A DNA stretch of 64,000 nucleotides from Bacteroidaceae bacterium (GTDB taxonomy: Bacteria > Bacteroidota > Bacteroidia > Bacteroidales > Bacteroidaceae), in assembly GCA_024398695.1 (NCBI GenBank), contig JAKSIR010000001.1, forward strand, positions 15,767 to 79,766. Direction: 5' to 3'. Below, piece after piece: positions 31,777 to 40,297 of this stretch. The notes below the pieces were generated by a model. That model was not told where the DNA came from. It saw only the letters and a program-made list of their open reading frames with translations, and searched no databases. Position numbers and translations under genes: made by a program. The stretch's first letter is position 1. Each line of letters opens with the position of its first letter.

Positions 31777-33083
31777 TTCTTCTTTTTTGACAGACGTATC
31801 CAGTCAAGAAGCGGCCTGTGCGAAGGGCACGTTGACTGGCAGCAGCCGCACTCTATGCAGCTCATCACCCATGATTCCCTGGCAACCTCCCAGCGTCCCA
31901 GCTCTGCGGCCGTGGCAAGCTTGTACGGCTCAAGCCCCATGGGACATACGCTCACGCACTTCGCGCAGCGTATGCAGTTGCGTTCCTCTTTCCTGGCGGC
32001 AGTCTTTTCAGAAAGCAGCAGTATGCCGGACGTCCCCTTTACGACGGGAACATCGGTCCCGAGCAGCGGACGTCCCATCATGGGACCGCCCGACACGATT
32101 TTAGCCGTATTCTCCGGCATTCCTCCGGCCTGTTCTATAAGCTGGCCCACAGGAGTGCCCATGCGGACCTTCAGATTGCATGGACGGCTCACGCCTTCAC
32201 CTGTCACGGTGACAACGCGTTCAATCAGAGGCTTGTTCTTGACGACCGCCTCGTATATTGCAAAGACCGTTCCGACGTTCTGCACCACACAGCCCACATG
32301 GGCAGGCAAAGCAGGAGGTGGAGGCACACGCCGGCCGGTTACAGCTTCAATGAGCTGTTTTTCACCGCCCTGCGGATATTTCATTGCAAGAGGCATCACC
32401 TCAATGCCGCTTACCATCTGCGTCTTTGTCCGAAGCAGTTCTATGGCATCGGGCTTGTTCTCCTCGATGCCGATTACCGCGCGCTCCACTCCGAGAGTCT
32501 TCATGAGAATGCGCACGCCCACGATGATCTGGTCGGGATATTCCAGGATGAGCCTGTGGTCGGCAGTCAGGTAAGGCTCGCATTCAACGGCGTTGACAAT
32601 GAGGGTGTCTATCCTGCATTCCTGCGGCGGGCATAGCTTGACATGGGTCGGGAAACACGCACCGCCCATTCCGACTATTCCGCATTCCCTGATGCGCTCG
32701 ATGATTTTCTCATTCGACATGGTCACGTTTATGACCAGATTGTCGGAACGGTCAATGGAAGGCTCCCATTCATCGCCCTCGACGTCTATGAACACCGCCG
32801 GCCGGCGCAGACCGGAAGCATCGACAATGCTGTCAATCTTTGAAACCGTACCGGAAACTGAAGAATGGACCGATGCGGACATGGGTCCGTCAGCCTTCGC
32901 GATTTGAGTGCCCACACGAACCCTGTCGCCTTTTGACACGCAGGGAACTGCAGGAGCGCCGATATGCTGTGAAAGGGGGAAAACGGCCTGGGACGGCAGA
33001 CGTGCAGGTTCGATTGCACCTGACGCCGTCAGCTTATTGGATTTCGGATGAATGCCACCCGTTGAAAATGTACGCAATGACAT
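31773..33083 (-). CDS. rnfC: Rnf electron transport complex subunit C
   Basis: The 436 aa product has the GGIHP start, the NAVECEPYLTADHRL motif, and two CxxCxxCxxxCP ferredoxin motifs near the C-terminus. Confidence 0.93.
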   Translation of the reverse strand: MSLRTFSTGGIHPKSNKLTASGAIEPARLPSQAVFPLSQHIGAPAVPCVSKGDRVRVGTQIAKADGPMSASVHSSVSGTVSKIDSIVDASGLRRPAVFIDVEGDEWEPSIDRSDNLVINVTMSNEKIIERIRECGIVGMGGACFPTHVKLCPPQECRIDTLIVNAVECEPYLTADHRLILEYPDQIIVGVRILMKTLGVERAVIGIEENKPDAIELLRTKTQMVSGIEVMPLAMKYPQGGEKQLIEAVTGRRVPPPPALPAHVGCVVQNVGTVFAIYEAVVKNKPLIERVVTVTGEGVSRPCNLKVRMGTPVGQLIEQAGGMPENTAKIVSGGPMMGRPLLGTDVPVVKGTSGILLLSEKTAARKEERNCIRCAKCVSVCPMGLEPYKLATAAELGRWEVARESWVMSCIECGCCQSTCPSHRPLLDWIRLSKKKK

Positions 33084-33087
33084 ACGA

Positions 33088-33945
33088 TTAACTGTTTTGC
33101 TCTATTGGAGAGGAACTCTCATCCCTTCTGGGTGGAAAATTCACGGCGATTATTGAATGCTGCGGGCATTCGCTTTCACACTTGCGGCAGAGACGGCATT
33201 TGTCGGGGTTGATGTATGCCAGGTTGTCCTCAAGCGTGATGGCATCGAATGCACATGCCGAAACGCATTTCCCACAGCCTATGCAGGCGACGCTGCACGC
33301 CGCCTTCGCTACAGGTCCGCGGTCCCTGTTCATGCAGGACACGTAAATGCGTCTGTCCGCCTTGTTCCTGTTCCTTATTTCAATGATGTTTTTTGGACAT
33401 TCCCTTGCGCAGGCGCCACACCCGCCGCATTTTTCCTGATCCACCTCGGGCAGGCCGGTTTCCGGATTCATGCGTATTGCATTGAAGCTGCATGCCTTCA
33501 CGCAGTCCCCCGACCCCAGGCAGCCGTATGAGCAACCCGTTTCTCCGCCGTTCTGCAACGCAGCCACTGCACAGCTGCGCGGCCCGTCATACCTGTTCAC
33601 CGACGGACGGTTCGCGCAGGAGCCGCTGCAGCGTACAACCGCCACACGGCTGGCCGATTCGGCAATTTCATGACCGGTAATTTCAGCAATGCGCCGCATG
33701 ACCTCATCCTTGCAGGCAGTACACTTGAGACCCTCCATAGAACTGCTGTCCGCGCATGCCTGAGCGAAGCCTGCGCATCCGGGATAGCCGCATCCTCCGC
33801 AATTGGCCCCGGGAAGCAGTTCTTCTATCTGCTTCACCTTGGGGTTCTCCTCCACATGAAATTTCCTTGCCACAGAAAAGAGCACCAGACCTAAAACGAG
33901 GCCGGTTATTCCGAGTACAAGGACCGATGTAAAAATTGGTGACAT
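33088..33945 (-). CDS. rnfB: Rnf electron transport complex subunit B (polyferredoxin)
   Basis: The product has an N-terminal TM helix, the motif CGGCGYPGCAGFA, and several 4Fe-4S CxxCxxCxxxCP clusters. Confidence 0.9.
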   Translation of the reverse strand: MSPIFTSVLVLGITGLVLGLVLFSVARKFHVEENPKVKQIEELLPGANCGGCGYPGCAGFAQACADSSSMEGLKCTACKDEVMRRIAEITGHEIAESASRVAVVRCSGSCANRPSVNRYDGPRSCAVAALQNGGETGCSYGCLGSGDCVKACSFNAIRMNPETGLPEVDQEKCGGCGACARECPKNIIEIRNRNKADRRIYVSCMNRDRGPVAKAACSVACIGCGKCVSACAFDAITLEDNLAYINPDKCRLCRKCESECPQHSIIAVNFPPRRDESSSPIEQNS

Positions 33946-33960
33946 ATGCTGTTTTTCAGT

Positions 33961-34374
33961 TTATTCCGTTATACTGAAAGCGAAATCCTTACCGATTCTG
34001 TCCCTGCATACGAACAGCGCCGTCCAATATGCGGCAAGTACCGCCAGCCCAAGCAGGACTGCCGTCTTTTCACTGTTCCAGAGGCTCATCGATGCGGCAA
34101 TGGTCAGAACTGTCAGGAGCAGAGGCAGTCCGAACGCAAGCAGCACAGCCTTCATGCCCTGCCTTTCGCTGCCGCAGACAGTCACTGCCTGCCCCACCCT
34201 GTATTTCTCAGGACTGGCAGTCACGACTTCCACCGTCTTCTCCTTCATTTCAGAAACGCGGCACAGACTTTTCGCCTGACAGCCGCCGCAGGCCGAAACC
34301 TGGACTATCTCCACATGTAACCGGTTGCCCTGTATGGACTTTACCGTTCCAGTATGTGATATCCCCTTTTCCAC
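33961..34374 (-). CDS. rseC: RseC/MucC-family (SoxR-reducing system) membrane protein
   Basis: The 137 aa product uses a GTG start at 34374. It has the N-terminal Cys motif SACGGCQAKSLC, two C-terminal TM helices, and the usual position immediately upstream of rnfB. Confidence 0.75.
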   Translation of the reverse strand: MEKGISHTGTVKSIQGNRLHVEIVQVSACGGCQAKSLCRVSEMKEKTVEVVTASPEKYRVGQAVTVCGSERQGMKAVLLAFGLPLLLTVLTIAASMSLWNSEKTAVLLGLAVLAAYWTALFVCRDRIGKDFAFSITE

Positions 34375-34523
34375 TGCCCTGTTTCCGCTTTTATCAGTTT
34401 ACAAAAGTAAAATATTAAATGGTGAATACCCACTTGACAGACCAATTTTATTCGGGAATTTATCAACAGAAGACCCAAGTGAAAATATTATGGGAGAAAG
34501 TTGCCGGAATAAAGCAAAAAGAG

Positions 34524-34531
34524 TAATTTTG
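34524..34531 (+). promoter_or_regulatory. Bacteroides-type -7 box (TAATTTTG) upstream of rpsP
   Basis: This is an exact TAnnTTTG match 63 nt upstream of the rpsP ATG. Confidence 0.35.
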
Positions 34532-34593
34532 CGGCGCCGTTACGAGTTGACGGCTGTTCAAATCATTTTTCAATCAATAAAAACAAAAAACTT

Positions 34594-35166
34594 ATGGCAG
34601 CAAAGATCAGATTGCAGAGACACGGCCACAAGGCTTATGCTTTCTATTCAATCGTTATTGCAGACACCAGAGCTCCACGTGATGGAAAGTTTATTGAGAA
34701 GATTGGTACTTACAATCCCAACACCAATCCTGCTACAGTAGATTTGAATTTCGAAAGAGCACTGTATTGGGTAAACGTCGGTGCAGAACCCACAGACACA
34801 GCACGCAACATCCTCTCACGCGAAGGCGTGTACATGATGAAGCACCTTCAGGGCGGTGTCAGGAAGGGCGCATTTGACGAAGCCGCAGCTCAGGCCAAGT
34901 TCGATGCCTGGAAGCAGGCCAAGGAAAGTTCACTCAAGGCTATCGCCGTAAAGGACGAACAGACAAAGCGTGAACTTGGCAAGGCTAAGCTTGAGGCTGA
35001 GAAGAAGGTAAACGAAGCTATCGCTGAAAAGGTAGCCGCCAAGAAGGCTGAAGCAGCAGCTGCAGCAGCCGAGGCAGCCGCCCAGGCAGAACAGGCTGAA
35101 CAGGCTGAACAGGCCGCTCAGGAAGCCGAGGCTCCCGCACAGGAAGAGGCTCCTGCTGAAGCATAA
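34594..35166 (+). CDS. rpsP: 30S ribosomal protein S16 with long Ala/Glu/Gln-rich C-terminal tail
   Basis: The product begins [42 protein letters not shown], the S16 core. A low-complexity extension of about 100 aa follows. Confidence 0.93.
   Translation: MAAKIRLQRHGHKAYAFYSIVIADTRAPRDGKFIEKIGTYNPNTNPATVDLNFERALYWVNVGAEPTDTARNILSREGVYMMKHLQGGVRKGAFDEAAAQAKFDAWKQAKESSLKAIAVKDEQTKRELGKAKLEAEKKVNEAIAEKVAAKKAEAAAAAAEAAAQAEQAEQAEQAAQEAEAPAQEEAPAEA
35089..35115 (+). repeat. 9-bp tandem repeat x3 (GAACAGGCT/GAACAGGCT/GAACAGGCC) inside the rpsP tail
   Basis: Read directly from the sequence; the repeat encodes (EQA)3 within the [15 protein letters not shown] tract. Confidence 0.9.
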
Positions 35167-35187
35167 GCCCAACCTCCAAAACATCAA

Positions 35188-35227
35188 AGAGGCCGACCGG
35201 AAAGCAATTTTCGGCCGGTCTCTTTTT
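35188..35227 (+). terminator. intrinsic terminator after rpsP
   Basis: A 16-position stem (AGAGGCCGACCGGAAA / TTTTCGGCCGGTCTCT; one mismatch and two G-U pairs) with a GCAA loop is followed by TTTT. It also abuts the stop of the convergent CotH gene. Confidence 0.7.
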
Positions 35228-35229
35228 GA

Positions 35230-36654
35230 TTACTCAAGAAGCCAGGATGTATCCATAAATGCAAGACGACGGGAAATCCAATCCTTAAGATTTGAAATCT
35301 CCTCCTCATAGCTGCTTACATGATTCTCCATAAATACCGAAAAGACTCCGCCGCCAGGATACTCATCCGTTTTTAGCAGGTGAAATGCCTCAAGATGACG
35401 GTCCTTTGCCTCATCAACCATAGCCGCGTATGAATCAATGAATGCGAACAGAGACTTCTCGCTGAGAACAGTCCTGCGAAGTTCAGTATAACGCTGTTTT
35501 ACAAGATTAAGAAAATACCCGTCTGAAACCAACTGTTTCCAGAACATAGGAATCATACCCTGCTGACGTCCCTCGTAATCCCAATAGTCAATCACATTGT
35601 TACTGCTGAAATTCACATTGCCCATAGTGAAATTATGATCCCACACCGGACCGGCAAAGAATGTCCCTTCTTCACTCCCGCTCCGTTCTCTGACTTTGTA
35701 GAAATACGATGATGAATAATAGCCGTCTGCATTATGCATGAATTCGGAATGAATCAAATAATCCACAAATGATTCCACGTTTATATACTTACGGTAACCG
35801 CGCACGGCATCGTTCCAATAATCACTGGCAAACATATTCTCCAATGAATCAACAAAAGCGTGGATATATTCCTGCTGTTGGGCTGTTATGTTCTTTTTTT
35901 TGGGATAATCGATTGTCCAGACAATTTCGTCAGGCACATCCCAATCTCCAAGTCCGCCTTCATTTCTTTTGCCCCATCCGGGTATTCCGCGTTGCTTTGA
36001 TTCAAAGGTATTGTCTTCTTCTGTATATTTGTTCACGGATACAATGTATCCACCCGTTACATCAAGTCCGGCATTGTCATAATCGGCCAGTTTGTTGATA
36101 TTCAATCTGTGCTTGCCTATTTTAATCTTTTCCTGCAACAGATAAACACCGTTGTATCTGCCATTCAGCACAACCTCGACTGTTCGGGTACGCGGAGCCC
36201 AGTGCCCCATCTTTTCCCATAAATCCGATGCCAGCGCATCACGCATAAGTGAGATGTCCGTAACCGTATTGACCAGCACCCAGTCATGCTCGGATGGAAG
36301 TCCTATCAATTCCGTGTTGTATTCTTTGCCTTTGGCATCGACTGTGGAAAAGCTGTATTTCTGCTGCTCCATGAACCTGGACGATGTACCGCGCAGCTTT
36401 ATCCTGATGTTTCCGTCATAATCCAGCGGCTGACCGGAAATGTCGTTGAATCCGCCTTCCGGATTTGAGATTATTTTCATGGAGGCGGTAATCTTTTCGT
36501 CTGCAATACTGTCATGTTCAGGTGTTTCAATAAAAATAACAGGCACTGCTTTGGAATTTTTCACATTATCCCCCATATCAAGCTCATCAGAACACGCAGA
36601 GACAGCAAAGACGGAAACTGCCAACAAACCGAATCTGTAAAATACATTTTTCAT
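35230..36654 (-). CDS. CotH-family (atypical kinase fold) lipoprotein
   Basis: The ATG at 36654 gives MKNVFYRFGLLAVSVFAVSAC, which carries a lipobox. The IKLRGTSSRF, KYSF and VEVVLNGRYNGVYLLQEKI motifs match my recollection of CotH domains. Confidence 0.7.
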   Translation of the reverse strand: MKNVFYRFGLLAVSVFAVSACSDELDMGDNVKNSKAVPVIFIETPEHDSIADEKITASMKIISNPEGGFNDISGQPLDYDGNIRIKLRGTSSRFMEQQKYSFSTVDAKGKEYNTELIGLPSEHDWVLVNTVTDISLMRDALASDLWEKMGHWAPRTRTVEVVLNGRYNGVYLLQEKIKIGKHRLNINKLADYDNAGLDVTGGYIVSVNKYTEEDNTFESKQRGIPGWGKRNEGGLGDWDVPDEIVWTIDYPKKKNITAQQQEYIHAFVDSLENMFASDYWNDAVRGYRKYINVESFVDYLIHSEFMHNADGYYSSSYFYKVRERSGSEEGTFFAGPVWDHNFTMGNVNFSSNNVIDYWDYEGRQQGMIPMFWKQLVSDGYFLNLVKQRYTELRRTVLSEKSLFAFIDSYAAMVDEAKDRHLEAFHLLKTDEYPGGGVFSVFMENHVSSYEEEISNLKDWISRRLAFMDTSWLLE

Positions 36655-36737
36655 ATTGACCAATGCTGAAGGTTATTGCTGCAAATATATATTATTCAGC
36701 ATATTTTCTTTACCTTCGCACCCCAAAATACATTTTG

Positions 36738-38429
36738 ATGGCACAGACTACTGACGACAAGAAGATCATCTTCTCAATGGTTGGCGTAAGCAAGGCTTTC
36801 CAGAACAACCGCCAGGTCCTGAAGGACATTTACCTTTCTTTCTTTTACGGAGCGAAAATCGGCATCATAGGCCTTAACGGTTCCGGTAAATCGACACTGC
36901 TCAAAATCATTGCCGGAATAGAGAAAAGCTATCAGGGGCAGGTGGTTTTCTCACCGGGATACAGCGTGGGATACCTGCCTCAGGAGCCGCAGCTTGACCC
37001 CGAAAAGACCGTCAAGGAATCGGTCATGGAGGGCGTCCAGCAGATTTACGACGCCCTGAACGAGTATGACGAGGTGAACCACAAGTTCGAACTGCCGGAA
37101 TACTATGAGAATCAGGACAAGATGGATGCCCTGATGGCACGCCAGGCCGAACTTCAGGATATAATTGACGCGACCGATGCATGGAACATAGACAACCGCC
37201 TGGAGCAGGCCATGGATGCACTGCGCTGTCCGCCCGAGGACCAGAAATGCGGAGTGCTGTCAGGCGGCGAACGCCGCCGTGTGGCACTGTGCCGTCTGCT
37301 TCTGCAGAAGCCCGACATTCTGCTGCTTGACGAGCCTACAAACCATCTTGACGCGGAAAGCATAGGCTGGCTGGAGCAGCATCTGAACCAGTACGCTGGC
37401 ACTGTAATAGCAGTGACCCACGACCGTTACTTCCTGGACAACGTGGCCGGATGGATACTTGAGCTTGACCGCGGTGAAGGCATTCCCTGGAAAGGCAACT
37501 ACTCAAGCTGGCTGGAACAGAAGTCGCAGCGTCTGGCCATGGAGGAGAAGCAGGCCTCGAAGCGCCGCAAGACACTGGAACGCGAGCTCGAATGGGTGCG
37601 CATGGCGCCTAAGGCACGCCAGGCCAAGGGCAAGGCACGTCTGAACTCCTACGACAAGCTTATGAACGAAGACGTAAAGGCCAAGGAGGAGAAACTTGAA
37701 ATATTCATACCGAACGGTCCCCGTCTGGGTAACAAGGTCATAGAGGCCAAGGGCGTCCAGAAGGCATTCGGAGACAAACTGCTGTTCGACGATCTGAACT
37801 TCTCGCTGCCGCCAAACGGCATTGTAGGTGTGATAGGTCCTAACGGCGCCGGAAAGACCACTCTTTTCCGCCTTATCATGGGACTGGAAAAGGTTGATAA
37901 GGGCAGTTTCGACATAGGCGAGACAGTAAAAATCGCATACGTTGACCAGCAGCACAAGGACATCGACCCCGAAAAGAGCGTATATCAGGTGGTGAGCGGA
38001 GGCAACGAACTCATACGCATGGGCGGACGTGACGTGAACGCCCGCGCCTACCTTGGCCGCTTCAACTTTACCGGTGCGGACCAGGAGAAGAAATGCGGAA
38101 TGCTTTCCGGCGGTGAGCGCAACCGTCTGCAGCTGGCCATGGCACTGAAGGAGGAAGGCAACGTGCTGCTGCTTGACGAGCCCACCAACGACATTGACGT
38201 GAACACCCTGCGCGCACTCGAGGAAGGTCTTGACGACTTTGCCGGATGCGCAGTGGTTGTAAGTCACGACCGATGGTTCCTGGACCGCATCTGCACCCAT
38301 ATCCTTTCATTTGAAGGTGACAGCAAGGTGGTGTTCTACGAAGGCTCGTACAGCGAATACGAGCAGTACAAGATTGCCCAGCTCGGCTACGAAGAACCAA
38401 AACGCATACATTACCGCAAACTGCAATAA
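36738..38429 (+). CDS. ettA: energy-dependent translational throttle ABC-F protein
   Basis: The ATG at 36738 gives MAQTTDDKKIIFSMVGVSKAF. The product has two ABC cassettes (GLNGSGKST and GPNGAGKTT), is about 563 aa long, and ends with the EttA-like sequence YEEPKRIHYRKL. Confidence 0.88.
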   Translation: MAQTTDDKKIIFSMVGVSKAFQNNRQVLKDIYLSFFYGAKIGIIGLNGSGKSTLLKIIAGIEKSYQGQVVFSPGYSVGYLPQEPQLDPEKTVKESVMEGVQQIYDALNEYDEVNHKFELPEYYENQDKMDALMARQAELQDIIDATDAWNIDNRLEQAMDALRCPPEDQKCGVLSGGERRRVALCRLLLQKPDILLLDEPTNHLDAESIGWLEQHLNQYAGTVIAVTHDRYFLDNVAGWILELDRGEGIPWKGNYSSWLEQKSQRLAMEEKQASKRRKTLERELEWVRMAPKARQAKGKARLNSYDKLMNEDVKAKEEKLEIFIPNGPRLGNKVIEAKGVQKAFGDKLLFDDLNFSLPPNGIVGVIGPNGAGKTTLFRLIMGLEKVDKGSFDIGETVKIAYVDQQHKDIDPEKSVYQVVSGGNELIRMGGRDVNARAYLGRFNFTGADQEKKCGMLSGGERNRLQLAMALKEEGNVLLLDEPTNDIDVNTLRALEEGLDDFAGCAVVVSHDRWFLDRICTHILSFEGDSKVVFYEGSYSEYEQYKIAQLGYEEPKRIHYRKLQ

Positions 38430-38443
38430 AACACAACATTACC

Positions 38444-39502
38444 ATGTCAGAATTCAAATCATTCCTTGAAAGGAAGAACATTATCGTTTCAGGAAAGCGC
38501 TACGGGGTCGATGCCCTTGGCGCAATGGCCCAGGGACTGTTCGCGTCTCTGCTCATAGGTACAATCATTTCAACAATTGGCGAACAGACAGGACTGCCCT
38601 GGCTTGTTGAAGTCGGGAACTTTGCAAAAAGCATGGCCGGTCCCGCAATGGCGGCTTCAATCGCTCTGGCGTTGAAGGCTCCCGCACTTGTACTGTTCTC
38701 AATGCTTGCCGTAGGTGCCGCTGCAAACAAACTTGGCGGAGCAGGCGGACCTCTTGCCGTCTATTTCATCACCATTTTCGCCACCGAATTCGGAAAGGCG
38801 GTCTCAAAGGAAACCAAGATTGACATTCTTGTCACCCCGCTTGTAACCATAGGTATCGGAGTGGGACTTGCTTACTGGTGGGCTCCGGGCATAGGAGCTG
38901 CTGCAAGCTGGATTGGCAAAATAATAATGTGGGCCACCACACGCCAGCCTCTGCTCATGGGCATTGTGGTGTCAGTCGTCGTGGGTATGGCCCTGACCCT
39001 TCCCATCAGCTCTGCGGCAATCTGCGCAGCCCTGAGCCTTACCGGACTTGCAGGAGGTGCCGCCGTTGCCGGATGCTGTGCACAGATGGTCGGTTTCGCC
39101 GTTCTCAGTTTCAAGGAGAACCGCTGGAACGGAATTGTGTCACAGGGTATAGGAACCAGCATGCTCCAGATGGGCAACATTGTAAAGAATCCAAGGATAT
39201 GGATTGCGCCCACGGTCGTATCGGCCATTACCGGACCGCTTGCAACCTGCGTCTTCCATCTTGAAATGAACGGTCCGGCCATTGCATCGGGCATGGGAAC
39301 CTGCGGTCTGGTAGGTCCTATCGGCGTATATACAGGCTGGATGAGCGAAATTGCGGCAGGTACCCGTATAGCCGTCACAGGCATGGACTGGACCGGCCTG
39401 ATTCTCATAGCCGTTGTCCTGCCTGCCGTTCTGACTCCCATTCTGGGACATTTCCTGCGCAAGGCAGGCTGGATAAAGCCCGGTGACCTTAGCCTGGACT
39501 GA
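38444..39502 (+). CDS. PTS EIIC-like (PTS_EIIC_2 type) polytopic membrane protein
   Basis: The 352 aa product has about 10 hydrophobic segments and the N-terminus MSEFKSFLERKNIIVSGKRYGVDALGAMAQGLFASLLIG. The family assignment is from memory of similarly annotated Bacteroidales proteins. Confidence 0.5.
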   Translation: MSEFKSFLERKNIIVSGKRYGVDALGAMAQGLFASLLIGTIISTIGEQTGLPWLVEVGNFAKSMAGPAMAASIALALKAPALVLFSMLAVGAAANKLGGAGGPLAVYFITIFATEFGKAVSKETKIDILVTPLVTIGIGVGLAYWWAPGIGAAASWIGKIIMWATTRQPLLMGIVVSVVVGMALTLPISSAAICAALSLTGLAGGAAVAGCCAQMVGFAVLSFKENRWNGIVSQGIGTSMLQMGNIVKNPRIWIAPTVVSAITGPLATCVFHLEMNGPAIASGMGTCGLVGPIGVYTGWMSEIAAGTRIAVTGMDWTGLILIAVVLPAVLTPILGHFLRKAGWIKPGDLSLD

Positions 39503-40290
39503 TGGACAAGTACAGAAAGAGATACATGGTGACCAGTGCCCAGATGGACGCTGACTTCAGGCTGTCGGCACGCGGCATTGCACAGCTGTTCCAGGATTGT
39601 TTCGCATCGTACATGGCCACATACAGGTGCGCCGCATTCGACCTGAGGGAAAGAAGCATGATGTGGATAATTTCCGACTTCACGTTCGGCATTGCCGGAC
39701 CGCTTCCGCTATGGGGCGACAGCATGGACATAGAACTGTGGCTGCCCGACGAACCTGAATTCAAGGTTCCATGCGACTACCGGTTCATCAGGAACGGCCG
39801 CACGGTCATTGAAGGCACAAGCAACTGGGCCATTCTTGACATTGCGACACGCCAGCCCGTTCCGGCACGCAGCATTCTTGAAAGGCAGCAGATAATATGC
39901 GAGCATGCCGTTGAAAGGCGCCGTCCCCGTTTCACCTTTCCTAGTGTGGAACCGCAGGTGTACGAGCATCTGACCAACAGCAGCGACACCGACTTCAACA
40001 GTCACATAAGCAATCTCACCTACCTGACAGTAGCCCTGGACGCTCTGCCGGTCGAGTACGTGAAAAGCCATTGCATTGCCCGCATAAGCATGAGATTCCT
40101 TCACGAGAGTTTCCTTGGAGACAGGCTCAGGGTCATGTTCGCCGAAAACGGCACCGGCACGGATTCGTGGTCCTTCAGGATGGAGAACGGCAGGAACGAA
40201 ACATGCTGCCAGGCCTGCATTGAGTTCAGCGGAAGCGCAGGCGCGTCATTCGGCAGCGACAGTGAAATAAGAAAACAGCCCACGGTATAG
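39502..40290 (+). CDS. acyl-ACP thioesterase
   Basis: The 262 aa product has a double hot-dog layout and the N-terminal sequence YMVTSAQMDADFRLSARGIAQLFQD typical of FatA/FatB-like bacterial thioesterases. Its start overlaps the upstream stop by 1 nt. Confidence 0.7.
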   Translation: MDKYRKRYMVTSAQMDADFRLSARGIAQLFQDCFASYMATYRCAAFDLRERSMMWIISDFTFGIAGPLPLWGDSMDIELWLPDEPEFKVPCDYRFIRNGRTVIEGTSNWAILDIATRQPVPARSILERQQIICEHAVERRRPRFTFPSVEPQVYEHLTNSSDTDFNSHISNLTYLTVALDALPVEYVKSHCIARISMRFLHESFLGDRLRVMFAENGTGTDSWSFRMENGRNETCCQACIEFSGSAGASFGSDSEIRKQPTV

Positions 40291-40297
40291 GAAACTC

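Noticed and set aside
36663-36737. The upstream extensions of ettA (track start 36663) and of the CotH gene (track start TTG 36663 on the minus strand).
   Set aside because: The two divergent ORF starts would overlap each other. The internal ATGs (36738 for ettA, 36654 for CotH) give canonical N-termini and leave room for promoters.
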